Made by a program: the position numbers and the translations under genes. Under the pieces are notes generated by a model, which was not told the origin of the DNA, made no database searches, and saw only the letters and a list, made by a program, of their open reading frames with translations. Shown piece by piece: positions 48,850 through 61,379 of a stretch of DNA of 64,000 nucleotides. The stretch is taken from the NCBI RefSeq assembly GCF_036321535.1, contig NC_087436.1, forward strand, positions 80,106,001-80,170,000, given 5' to 3'. Positions within the stretch are counted from its first letter, which is position 1. Each line of letters starts with the position of its first letter. The stretch is from Camelus dromedarius (lineage: Eukaryota).

Positions 48850-49075
48850 GCATTTTCATAGCACTTAAATTCCATAAATATATTAACTCATTTGGTCACT
48901 GCTTCAGTCCATGAAAGAGGCAAAGGATATTATTATTCCAATTTGCTGACGAGGAAACTTGAGGTTCAGAGACACGGAAGGACCTGCCCACAGCTACACA
49001 GGTAGTACTAACAGACCTTATACTAGAACACCATCTTCAGAACTTAGGAATTTGATATTCTTTTCCATGAAAGCA
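48850..49075 (-). mobile_element. MIR SINE
   Basis: attaactcatttg...tattattcca...gacgaggaaacttgaggttcagaga...cctgcccacagctacac. Confidence 0.8.
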
Positions 49076-50189
49076 CTGTCACTTTTCAACAAGTTGGGCA
49101 CAAAGCTGGGGGAAAATCACAACTTAAACTATGATAAATATGTTTTAATACCCACTTACAGAGTTCATCAAAAATTTAAACATAGATTAACAGCAATTAG
49201 ATTTTCTCTTCACTATAACTTTGTGGTAAAGTATTAGTACTTTGATAAAAAATTTAAAAGGGTTAAAAATTACAAGGTGCATATACGACTTAAAAACCAC
49301 ATTTTTACTCATTTGCAGCTCTGTTCTGTGGCTTTTGGATATCAGGAATGTACACACACACATACACACAGGCCATAATACCAGCTAAAACTATCTTGAA
49401 CAAATCTAGTTAACAGAAACTAAGATCTACGAAATACCTGTTTGGTTAAAAACTGCTTAAATCCTAAAGAACTCACAAAGAAAGCAAGTAGAAATACTGT
49501 CCTAATACATATCATCGATGCTGCAAAACAAAACCTCTAGTCCCTTCTGGTCTGTTTAAGATAACATCCTATTCCCCAAATCACCAAATAATAATCTGAG
49601 CTGCAATACTAATCAAAAGGATAAGGTACACAGCTTCCTCTCCCATTTTGCAATAGAGAACGCGCTTTCAAATGGTCCAATTCAAGAAGACACATCAGAG
49701 GAAGAACGTCTTAGCACAGGAGGCCTTACCCAGTTGACAGGGTCTTTTGTCCTCTTCCTGGAGGGGACAGCTTCACTATGGCCAGGAAAGGGCTTTCTGC
49801 TTATTGAAAGTGAGTTCTATTCACAACTGTGCTTTTTCAGAGTTTGGCCGTCCACATTTTCTTGGACGCTGTTAGAGTTATAAAATAAACACTTCCAAGA
49901 TTGTTTTCTTAAAAGTCAGTCCAACGTAAAATAAAATGAAAAGAACTTTTCTGAGTCTTCAGTTCAACGTGGGTGCATTTAACTAGGAACATACCTTTTT
50001 CTTCCTCCCTTTGAACTCCTTCAGACTGAGCTTTGTTTTTCAGTCTCCACGCTGGCTCATTCCACTGGAGACTTCTGTTTGATGGCTGGCTCCATCCTAA
50101 ACTCTGGGACAACATTTGGATGTCAGTTATTTATTTAAGATCTGAAATCAGGCAAATGCTGAGACAGGTGTTTAGGAACTTGCAGTAGT

Positions 50190-50340
50190 TGAGTAATTAG
50201 AGAATTTAAATCTGGAAAGAACCTCCAGGGACATAACAACCTAGCAGCCTTTAAGCAGATGAAGGATTATTATCCCATTTTACAGCTGGGGCATCTGAGG
50301 TGTAGATGAAGTAGGTTATTTTGATAATGGATGCACAGTT
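50190..50340 (-). mobile_element. MIR SINE
   Basis: attattatcccattttacagctggggcatctgagg. Confidence 0.65.
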
Positions 50341-50589
50341 ATTTAATTAAGGAAGCAGGAAGGGAGGTGAATGTGGTGAAGGAGAACTAGACCCCAAATG
50401 CCTGCTTTTTAAAAGAGGACTGTTTCCCCGGCACACGGAACAATGAGTATCGCCCACCTACTGCACATTCAACCCTAAATTACAGCCAAGTGGTTTACAA
50501 CTTGGATTCTAATGATCACACGTGCCTCACATGCCTAGTTTGAACCTTGTTTCTTCCATCCACTGGGCATGAGAAAGAGCAAGTGACTT

Positions 50590-50720
50590 TATTGAGTGAG
50601 AAAAATACAGAGCAGATTATCTCATAGAGATAGTGTGAGAATTAAACAGGAAACGCCATATGAAGTATTTATCCCAAAGTCCAGCACACGGTAAATGCTT
50701 AAAAATACTAGCTACTGTTA
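50590..50720 (+). mobile_element. MIR SINE 3' part
   Basis: tatctcatagag...gtgtgagaattaaa...agcacacggtaaatgctt...tagctact. Confidence 0.6.
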
Positions 50721-52234
50721 CAAATCAACAACTAGAATCTGTCTGCCAGGGGTCTCTTTGTAGTGATATTTGGGAGCTCCTGGTAATTCCAGGACAGAAA
50801 AAACTGACTGCTTTCAAACAAGTAAAAAAGAAAGTGAAAAGAGAACAGATTTGTCATACATGTTAGCATGATCTCCCAATAAAATGGGCCCAGCTGAGGT
50901 CCACGTTGGGACTCAAAAAGGTTTTAACTGATTTAATCACACTACCAGGGGTGGATTAAATGCAAAGCCAATGAAGTTTATTTGAAGAGTCTCTCAAATT
51001 GCCTGGGCTCCTTCCAAAGCCTTGTCAGGACCCCTATCAATATGTTCAAGGGACAATTTGACATTTTCTCTTAAAGCATACCCTCCGAATTATATAAGCT
51101 CGAGGCCCTCAAAAACTTCAATTTGCTCCTGTGATGGTATTCTGTTTGTAACTCTTTGAAAACCAAACAAAGCCAAAGTTGATAAAATTGTGGGCAGATG
51201 TCTTCTTAATTCAGCTTTTCTGTTTTTCAGGTGCCTTAGTACCAGCCCTAGGGGCCAAGAGAAAGGGTCCGGTTGCTGTTGTACTGAACCAGAAACTAGA
51301 GGGCTCCTTCCAGGAATGTTAAAACCCACAAACTAGGCACAGCTCCAGGGCACCCTTTGGAGCTCTGGATCAGGTGACTCAAACAATGACCTGACGAAGA
51401 CAAATTTCAAAATCCACCCAAAGAATTTGAAGATGTGCCATTGGTTCACTTAGTGACTCCTACTGAGGAATTAAAATGGGCCATCATGGGGAACCTGGCC
51501 AAGAGAAACACTCCATCCTGAGGAAAGAGTGGTTTTAGACTCTTCAACAGAAAACACCATAATGGGATGAAATACACAAGGTTTATCCAGGTAAACCTGA
51601 ACTCACTTCACCCTTATATTCCTTCTATTGCCTTGCTCTCTGACATCACAGCTTGACCACCACTTTCTAAGAAGAGACATAGTGAGGAAAGGAGAAAAAC
51701 TAAGCATTTACTGGGTTTTCACAATTTGAGCAAAGGATTAAGTCAGCATTGTATATATCATGTCGTTTCATCATTACAACCACTAGAAGTACTGCATTTC
51801 ACAGATGAAGAAACAAAGAGAAGCAGGGAAAGACAGTGAGCGATGGAGCTAGGATTCCAAACTCAAAACAAAAAATAAAAATCTAGACATTAAAAGTTAA
51901 GTTGGTCTCTTGGATTTTATTTACTTGTGGTACATCCTCCAACCCATAAGCAGCAACACGAAGTTAAGAAAAGGGAAACTATGAGGGGAATGGATTCCTT
52001 CCCCCACTGTCTTTGACAATCTGGACCCTACTCCTTAAAGTCAACTACCACATTGGGGTAGAGAAAGGCCAGAAGGTGAGAAAAGAAGGGGAAGAAAAAG
52101 AAGCAAGGAGGAGAAACAATGTGATGGAGTTTCAAAAATGGTGTGCACCTCCCTGGATTAGTGGAGTCCCCAAGTCTAGAACTAATCTTAGTAAATAAAT
52201 GACACTTGAAATGTACAATGGATTATCTAAATTA

Positions 52235-52430
52235 GCTAGACCTGAGTTCAAATTCTGCTTCCAATTGCAAGTTACTTTACCTCTCTAAGCTGCAATTTCC
52301 TGCCATGCAAATTGTGATCAAAATAGTTCCTACTACATAGGATTGTTGAAGGATTAAATATGTTTATACACGTTAAGCACTTTAAAAAGTGCCTAGAACA
52401 CAGTAAATACTGACTAAATATTAGCAAGTA
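52235..52430 (+). mobile_element. MIR SINE
   Basis: agacctgagttcaaattctg...gcaagttactttacctctctaagc...ataggattgttgaaggattaaat. Confidence 0.85.
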
Positions 52431-52666
52431 CAGTGCTATGGAGGAATTCACAACCTGGCCATTATTCCCCCTATCAGTGAAGTTGTACATGCAAACTGAT
52501 ATAATTTGTTCACTGATTCATTCCCTCTACAAATTTTAATGTGTAGTGTACACCCTGGTTGCTGAGAATATAGCATGAAGACAGATCCAGTCCCTATCTT
52601 CTTGGAGCTCGCAGTCTAAAGAAGTCTTCATTCCATCGAAACTGCAGGAAAAAAATGGACTCTGTT

Positions 52667-52683
52667 TCTCTCTCTCTCTCTCT

Positions 52684-52714
<31 letters not shown>
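52667..52714. repeat. (CT)n followed by poly-T
   Basis: Read directly. Confidence 0.9.
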
Positions 52715-54929
52715 AGTGTCACTCCAAATAGATTTCTTTATGATAATTCCTTTAGTCAATGGTACTAATTGCTTATAAAGTACCCAGTATATCTCTACCC
52801 ACTTCAAAATGGTCTTTGGAAGGGTGTATAAGACAGCTTAGCAGAGTGCAAGCTGCATGCAAGGATTTCTTAGTTAATCCCTTCAGAGATAAGTCAAGTA
52901 GTTGTTAAGTGTCAGGATGGAGTGTCTAACATGGGGGAGGAAAAGCCTGCATTTGTATTGGTTCATGTGCTCTATATTGCCTGGTGAGCCTCAGCTCTTC
53001 ATTTTCAGGGAACTGTCATTGAAGAGACATCTTTTTGTCATCTAACATGTGTTTAGTGATTACTTTATCTGTAAGTGGTGAAGATCATACTACACGATTG
53101 CTTCCTCTGTCTAGTTAAAGCTGACAGGGTTGTCACTACTTCAGTGATGGATTCAACACCCCAGCTCCTTTTCATGAATATGTCTAATTCTATATCAGAG
53201 AAATATGGACAGTTTGAGTGGATTTAGCCAGCAGTAGACAATGGATTCAATATGATATTCTTAGAGTCAATATTAGAAAACAAAAGCTTATTTAAAGTCT
53301 GTCTGTCCAGTATCCCACAGCCCAGAGCTTGTTCTCTGCTTTCAATGTCAAAATGGTTAATTCAGTCAACTACTTAATGCTATTTTTTGGGAAGTGTGTT
53401 CATGGAAGAAGGTTGTACTTCTTCTTCCCTCAATTTCTCCACCCTTTCCAGTTAACAGATATGAATTCCAGCAATGGCTTCTAGGGTAAATATTCCTACC
53501 TTAATGGGCAAGAGTGACTCTAGTGGTGGGAATTGTCTAGCCAGGATCTTCAAGAAATCTAGCCATTGAGAAAATTATTTGTGCAATTGGAGCCTTAAAG
53601 ATTTCCTTAAATAACAAGTAGGAAGATATCCAGAGTTACTGCTAATAACAGGCAAGAAAATGCTTGAGAAATATTTGAAAGGGATATTTTTATTATACAT
53701 ATCCCCTTCTTGTGTGGGATTAATTGGAATCTGAATATTCCTACTCAAACTCATTTTAATTACCTACCTTATTTGAATCGTTAAGGACAATGCCCATCTT
53801 CTTCCACAAGCTGGCCTTTCACATAGTTCCTTTTTTGTTGATGAAAGGGTAATTCCAGGTACTGGCATTCATTGATTTTGATTTTTCTGCTAAGCTTTAA
53901 TTCCATCATTTAGTTCTCCCCTGGAAAAAAAAAAAATGGGCTAGAATAAGACCAACAAGATCTTGGTAAGGAAATATAGTGGAAAAAGTCAGGGCCTCCG
54001 TAGAATTATGTACCTGGTGCTAAGAAGGGAAGGAGATGAGAAAGTTGCTGAAGCAGTTGGAATAGGGAACAGGGATAGTCAGTCAACCAGTCAGCAACGA
54101 CCAATGAAAAGGTCAGGCTACTTTTGAACATTTCTATGTCTTTCACAGGCTCAAGCGAGCATTAAAATTCTGAAGTCTTCCTTGCTTCCCAAAGTTTAGC
54201 AAGAACAGAAAATGGCATCACACCAAGGTTGTGATGATATTTAGAAACGATTGGAACATCTGGGGGTAAACATGAGGTCACCCTTGGAGCACTGCCATCA
54301 ACCTGGTCACACTCACCACTCCTCTGCCCCCTCCTATCCTTCCCCTCTCCCTTCATGCATATCCATGGGGCAGCTGCCTGATAAATCAGACAGAATTCTT
54401 CAAAAGGCCCCTGAGGGGCTGATAATCACAATAAATATTACAAGTTTGTCCTCACACAGACCTTTCTTCAGAAGGCCTTCTAGGCTAGCCAGTTTAATTG
54501 TTATGACTGCTCTTTTTTTCTCTCATATGGGACTGATGAAGCACAGTGGCTTCCTTGAGGTCACCCAGCAGGAGGAGTTCCCTACCAGAAGTTTCCATAC
54601 TGCCTGGAGAATCAATGATGTTGCAGAACGGAGCTACGGAGGAGCCAACAAAAATATGTCAGTGGATTTTACAAAGGACTTTTTAATAAAACAGCAAAAT
54701 CCATTTCTGTACCAAGTCATTTCAGTGGGCTGCACTATGTTATTTCAGTGGGCTCTACTAACACCAAAATCAACCAAAGAGGGAACTAAATTTTGTAGTC
54801 TTTGTAGGATGAATAATACTAAGTGGTGATTAACTACATTTTAAAAACAGAGAATTTTTAAAACAAGATCCACTTTACTGATTATGTTCTTCTTGAGCCA
54901 GTTAACAATTGATGTGCCTTCTCCTAACA

Positions 54930-55148
54930 CAGTGATTCTCAACCAGGGACAGTTTTGCCCAGCAAATGCCCGGCAATGTCTGAAGACTTTGTTGATGATC
55001 ACAACCGGTGGGGAAGGGTGCTGTGCTACTGAAACTAGTGGGTGGGGGCCAGGGCTGCTACTAAACATCCTACAATGCACAGGACAGCCTCCCACAACAA
55101 AGAATTTTCTTGTCAAGAATGTCAGTAGTGCCATGATTGAGATACCGA
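54930..55148 (+). mobile_element. MER20 hAT-Charlie DNA transposon
   Basis: cagtgattctcaaccaggg...ttttgccc...ggcaatgtctgaagac...ctaaacatcctacaatgcacaggacagcc...caacaaagaatt...aatgtcagtagtgcc. Confidence 0.92.
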
Positions 55149-55349
55149 TGGCTTGGAAGCAGTGATGAGAATTGGGACTGAAAAAAGAGAAACTGGTTTG
55201 TACAGTGTTCACATCTCCAGGTTTCTATCCCAGATTTGAATGGTAGGCAACTACTCCATTCCCACTCTCACCTTCACCTTTGCAGAAAACCCTCCAGCTT
55301 CTACCAGATCTGCCTATATTTCTAAAGCATAGGGACACAATTTTTGGTT

Positions 55350-55800
55350 TTGTTGTTTTTGTCTTAATGATAAAAAGCATATCCTGCTGTATATAAGTTT
55401 TGGAGACATATTTTTTTGCTCCAGATTATGTTGCTGAGATTCATCTATTTTTGTGGCCAGCTTCAGTTCGTTCATTTTGAGTGCTATATACTATTCCATT
55501 GTATAAATAAACTACGATTTTTTGGATGAATATTCAGGTTGTCTGCAGATGTTTGCTACTATGAATAGCAGTCATATAAACATCTTATGTAAAACTCATT
55601 GTGTGCATATATTTTTTTTGTAAATATATATAGGAAGATAAAGAATTATAGAATTATAGACACCCAGATATTAACAGTGATTATCTCTATGTTGTAGGAT
55701 TACTAATGATTTTAATAATGTCAGCATAATAAATATTTTCTTCTTTTTCTTATTTATGTTTTCTACTTTTTTCTACAAAAAATTTTTTGTAATAAAAAAT
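55350..55800. mobile_element. Ancient L1M fragments (minus-strand piece about 55350-55615, plus-strand 3' tail about 55630-55800)
   Basis: tgagattcatc...ctattccattgtataaataaactacgattt...tttgctactatgaatag; ttaacagtgattatctct...ttttgtaataaaaaa. Confidence 0.6.
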
Positions 55801-58800
55801 CTTTTCTAAAAACCTAGATTGACATTGTTTTAAATAATGAGAACAGCCAAATTAAGTACAAATATCTGTACAGCTGATGTGATGCTATCATAAAACATCT
55901 TATTAAGTTTAGTGTATTCAAATCAACAGAACATTATTCATGAGTTTGTTCTTTTGAAGCTAGACTTTAATTAAAAGTAGTGGCCACATCTAAATTAACC
56001 CAAATTCTAAATTTGCCCATATGATACATAAAGTCAAAAGTAGACAAACAAAACTCAAACTAAACCTAACAAATAGTAAGTAAAGGCAAGAGAGGTGTCA
56101 AAAAGCCAAAGAAGAGCAACACTTTGCTTGTCACTCACGGTCCTTATACATGATTACAAAGTCAACTATATCCCAGGAAAAAATCCACTTTCCTAGGGGG
56201 AAAAAAGGCTGCTTGGACTTGTTGCAAAAAAATACATAGGTAACTGATAAAATGTGAAAGTAAACTTAATACAATCAAAGAAATAAAAGACTGTTACTAA
56301 CAATAGTTAATTTTTATCCTGCCCCTCAAAAAACACACTGTAGATACTACTTTATCCTCAATTTTGCAGCCTGACCATTCAAGATTAAACCTGTTGATTA
56401 TAAATCATAACCTGTTTCCAGTCTATGTGAACAGGTGATGGCAGAGGGGCGACATGGTCACCACCATGTAGTTATAATGCAGAGGGGGGTCACTTGTTCT
56501 GCCGTGCTGATGCCTCCCGTCCACAGAGGAGACAACAACTGACCTCAGAGGAAAGCTGGAATGGAGATTATGTCCTCAAATATTAATCAAGACAGACAAT
56601 ACAGAAATGGTCATTTATCCAAGTCCTACTCCTCACTCTCATAAAAAGCAACAGCACCCTTTTCTAAGTTTGTCAGAAAAAAACACAAGTAAAGGCCTGA
56701 ATTAACTTCATTCTTTTTCATTTTCCATCTCATGTTTCCAGAGTGGAGAAAATCTCAATGCTTACCTCAGTGACAAAGGACTATTTTTTTTTCTTTTCTA
56801 CATTACAGAGCCAGCATTCGCTGGTTGGAAATGTGAAATGTGTGGTCTGAAAGCTGAACAAGAAATGTCATATCAAAAGTGACAAGAAGAGGTGCCAGGG
56901 GGAGCAGAAAAGAAAAGAAGGGAATAGTAGCAAGACTAACATAGCAACAAGCATCTCTGAAGCCCCAAAAGTTCCTCCTTCAAAGAAAATGCCAATCCTC
57001 CCAGGAGCCAGAGAGTACAAAGAGTGTAAGCTACTGTCAGGTGTGCTTTTTCTGTCACTGGTGAGGAAAACAGACTGGTGGCAGGGTTCCTGCTCATGCT
57101 TCTGCATGAAATGGCCCAACTGTGCACATGGACACATGCAGAAAGACAGATCTGCACGTTCAAGAGATACTGGACGCAGAGAAGCTCACGGTGTTTGCCA
57201 GAGGTCTTAAGGGAATCTTCTGTTTCATTCCATAGTAATGCCCTTTTTGTTGACAAAAGTAAATTGATGATAGTCAAGAGGGAAGCATTTGGTGGAAAAA
57301 TTCTGTTGACCCTTCTCAGATTGAATTTGACCACAGAACAGGATACCAGCAGTTGCAGAAATGATAGATTATTGTAATGACTGCCAGAATGGCCTTTTGG
57401 CATGTTTAAATGGCAATAAATTTCACCAGGAAGAAAGCAATTTTACTACTTTAGAGCAGTAAGGAAACACAGTGTTTAAGGTGTAAATAAATTGTGGGTC
57501 ATTAACAGCGAGCATATTCTGTCCATGGTGCAACTCTCAATCAGTGGCTATTCATATTTAATTTAATTACGTGGATTTACTTAGCCAATTACGCTTTTTG
57601 GTTCCAGGTCACGGACATCTCAGGCTGACAATTTTGCTCTCTTCCTGTCTCTCTTATGTCCATAAACACAGCACTAGTTTCTCCCTCGGTTTTCCTTCCG
57701 CAGGTACATAAATACGATCAGGGCAGTTTAATAATGCTAGCTCACTGAAAAGCCTACTGAGATGATTAAATTAGAGACTGATCGGCTATGTGGTCTTTTC
57801 CTTGGCTTCAAAACCCTCTCCATCCCTCGCTCATTAATCTGGCTCAGTCCTTCACTGAACTCTGCCATTAAAGAAGGAGGCGGGAGGAAGAGGTGTGCAA
57901 TGAAGTTTGACATTTCCTCAAAAATGATTGTGTTAAAACCCACTTACATTTATAGCTCCATCTCATTTGAGAATGTTAATAAGTTGCAATTTCATCAAGA
58001 GAAAGGTATTGGGATCTAATCAAGCCAAAGGCTTGCTCACTCTGGTATAGATTGTGCTCCTCAAGCATCACTTTAAAAGGTCATTTTTAAATACAGCTTA
58101 AGCTGATAATTAACAAAGTTCATTAATAACAATCTGCTTAGGGACCGTTTAAAACATTCGGGCTTCATCTACACTATCAGTTTCAGGCCACCTGCAGCTC
58201 ACTTCAAGTTCGTGTCAACTCTGCCCCGAGGAGCAAACTTCAGGAGACACACTCCAAATCAGTGAGGTCAATAGCATGCCGTACAGAACCAAACGAGTGT
58301 TGAGCCTGAGTTGGCTGAACAAGCACAATCTCTCCAAAAGCCTAAATCTCATTTTATACTAAGTGTAGTGTGGATCGTCCTTTCTCAATATGATTGAAAG
58401 GATAGCCTAGGTGATTAGTCCCAAACCTCAGTGTCATATCTGAAACCAGGCACCGAGGTGTCTTTCTGCTGGCTTTGTGCTTCCTGGAAAGTTTACTGAG
58501 ACCACATTGGAAAGCTTTTCTGTTCCTATAACTTTGTAAACTGCCAGGAACATACCAGTAGCCCGAAGCACCATGAGGCCAAAAACATCATCTTATTTAT
58601 CTCAGATCATCCCTGGGAACTACTGGGTGGCTCATGCACATGGTGGAGGATACAGGGGCGCTCACCACAATAAATTACCCTCCATCCCACAGTTCCCATG
58701 ATTGGCATTCTAGGTGGAGATGGTGGAGAAAAAAATACAAGACATTAAATAAAGCAACTAGTGGGAGTTTAAGCAGGCAAAATTTGAGGCAGTTGGTTGG

Positions 58801-58849
58801 AAAGCTAGGAAGTTTATACAAGAGAAAGAATTATTACTTGTAGAGGTTG

Positions 58850-59000
58850 GATGATTTTAGAAAATGTCTTATTAATTGTCTCATTTTACCAATAAGGAAG
58901 CAGAAACCCAAAAATCGGAGTGGCTTTCTCAAGGCCAACAGTTTGGTGACAAAAAAAGACTAGAACAAGGACTTCTGGACTCCTAATTCCATTACTCTAG
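58850..59000 (-). mobile_element. MIR SINE
   Basis: ctcattttaccaataaggaagcagaaaccca...tctcaaggccaacagt...gactagaacaaggacttctggactcc. Confidence 0.7.
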
Positions 59001-59689
59001 CGAACAGTATTCCAGGAATAGCAAACCACAGAAAGTGCCATCAAACTGGCCCCAGGATCAGCCGACTTCAGGAGCAGCTACAACCTGGGACAGCAGGAAC
59101 CTGAACCTGAGAAAACCTGCAGGTGTCCTCAGCTCACCCCTGGGCAAGAGGTTCTGTGCCCACAGTCCCTGGAAACAAAGGTCTAGTGTGTTTGGGCGGC
59201 AGGGGTGGGAATGCACAGTTTTTCAAGTCCACATGTCGTTTCCAAGGCTCATTTTTGTCATTATTGCTAGAGAGATAAAGAGGATACTGGGGAGGGCAGG
59301 GTATTTTTAGACTACAGGGCAAGGTTATCTGGTTCTGGCTGAGATAAATGTGAAGGGTCAGAACCTTGCCAGTTTTCACTGCAGTAGGTCAAGTTGACCC
59401 CATGCGAGGAAGATGGAATTTTTATAGAAGCTGTCGACATTTAAAAGCACATAGTCACGTGGAGTGATAAGTCAAGCCTCCCGTGTTTTTAATGGACTTG
59501 CCTCCCAGGCTCACTGCCCCAGCTGACGACAGCCTTATCTCTTAGTGCTTAGTTAACGCTCCAGCTAGATCTATCCCCAGTCAGGCAGGCCTGGGGAAGT
59601 CGGCCTGTGCTTCCTTTGTTTACCGTCTGCAGCTAAGCTAACTGTAGGTGAGCAAAAACGTCCCTGCAAAGGGTAATCATGACCATGGG

Positions 59690-59730
59690 AAGGTAATGGT
59701 GTTGGTGATGATGCTGATGGTGCTGATGCC
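59690..59730. repeat. Degenerate (TGG/TGA/TGC) trinucleotide repeat
   Basis: ggtaatggtgttggtgatgatgctgatggtgctgatg. Confidence 0.7.
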
Positions 59731-60324
59731 AGCAGATGGGGTGGGTGCGGATGGCCTTACTGATAGGTGCTAAACTCTTAAAGCAAATAGGCTGAGATAA
59801 GGTGTAAATGAAAGAACTTGAGTCAATAAATGACTGTTTGCTTCCCATCGTGAATAAATATGGTGGACTTATGACCCCCTCAAAATTCATTTTCTTTCTG
59901 TTTGACTTCTACCTGGTTGGCTATATGATTTGCTTATTTTGTCAGGTTGATCAGGTACAATTAGCATGTCTTTCTAACAGAGATTAATAACTCTTCAAGT
60001 CAACAAAGGGCAATTAGATGCAGGGTATATTATGCCAATACAGTATGGAGGAGACTTATTTATTTGATCTTGTGCTGTTAATCGCATGCATGGTGTCATA
60101 GACTCCCATCTATGCCACAGCAATGAAGGAGAAAAATCAGTTCGTTCAAGCGTAGGTAAGAGATTCTTTAGTTTAAAGCTAATTGCCATCATACAGTGCT
60201 TCCAAAAAAGGGTTGTTTTGAGTTGGCTTTGTCAAGATAACAACTACCGAGCAATTAACACATGCCAGACATTATGCCACATGTTTTATGTGCATTTTTA
60301 AATTTAATTCTTACAGTAAGCCAT

Positions 60325-60787
60325 TGTAAGAGAGGCATGGAAAAAAACTGCTTCTGGCTAAGCCAATATCCATTCTCTCTTTTGTCCTCAGCAACAGAAC
60401 CTCAACTTTATTCATGGTGACAATATTGTGAACTAAAAAGACATTTCTCAGCTTCCTTTACAACTAGGAAGGCCATGGGAATAATTCCTAAGCAGTGAGG
60501 TTAATGCAGAAGAGCAGACAGGGATTTCAAAAAGAGTTTCTTTTAGAAAGTCATCACTGATTTTGCCCTTTCCCCATCTTCTCCTTCCTTCTGTCTAAAA
60601 AACAGCTGTGACGGTTACAGCTCCAGCAGCCATCTTGGACCATGCATCAGGATGTTAGAAGAAGACAGAAGCCTAGGTCGTTCTGATGACATCTCTTACA
60701 CAAAGAAGAATAAAGTTCCATCTTTCTTAAGTTACCAATCTTTTGGATCTTCTATTATATGTAACCCAACCTAATCTTAGTGTAACA
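60325..60787 (+). mobile_element. MLT1 (ERVL-MaLR) solo LTR inserted into a minus-strand MIR (MIR parts about 60240-60324 and 60790-60860)
   Basis: TG...CA termini; catttctcagcttcc, cagcagccatcttggaccatg, aataaa, ttaagttacc..., ctaatcttagtgtaaca. Confidence 0.8.
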
Positions 60788-61379
60788 GGCAAATATTGTT
60801 ATCCCTGGGAATTCGAACCAGGTTGTCTGATTGTGGAGCCTCTAGTGTTAATGCCATATTCAGTTGCTTACTAAGAACAATTCAAAGGGCACCCTCCTGC
60901 CCTTACTCCTCACACTCTTCACTAATATTTGTTTCAATTCTTCAAACCAAATTGGCCCTGTTCTGTCTTGCTTTAGACATTCACCTATGTCATTTTCCTT
61001 AACGGGAAAGCACTTCTCCCTGTTCTTAGCCCGGATAACACCTTTTAAAACTTGATTTAGAGATCACGTCCTCTTAAAAACAAAACTGCCCCCCACCCCT
61101 TACAATCCCTCTAGTCTGGCTAAAGTTTGTCCTGCTGTACTGTCATAATTCTCTCGTCATATAGCAACTATCACTCAGCATTAACTCCCAATACACTATA
61201 AGGGAAGACATAGTGTGTTCTATCTGTTCACCGTTAGATAGAACAGGGCCAGATGCCCACACAGGACAAGGAATGGTGCTTTTCTCACAAAAACCTCATA
61301 ATTCACAGGCCACTGGGCAGAGTACTCAGAAGGGTCTTGCCTTAGTAGTGAAGAATAATCAGCCAGAGACTAGATATGG

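Noticed and set aside
48826..48850. Short tandem duplications (atctgaagcaa x2; also actagaaagt x2 near 24290 and agaattat x2 near 55642)
   Set aside because: Ordinary replication-slippage events with only two copies and no spacers; not an array.
54251..54829. 192-aa plus-strand ORF
   Set aside because: Starts at TTG, has no recognisable protein family and no convincing flanking splice sites; treated as a chance ORF.
56936..57403. 155-aa minus-strand ORF and overlapping plus-strand ORFs in the repeat-free block
   Set aside because: No recognisable domain or exon-like splice boundaries matching the ORF; better explained as non-coding DNA.
59633..59890. His-rich minus-strand ORF (HQHHQHHHQHH)
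   Set aside because: Produced by a degenerate trinucleotide repeat; the rest resembles no protein.
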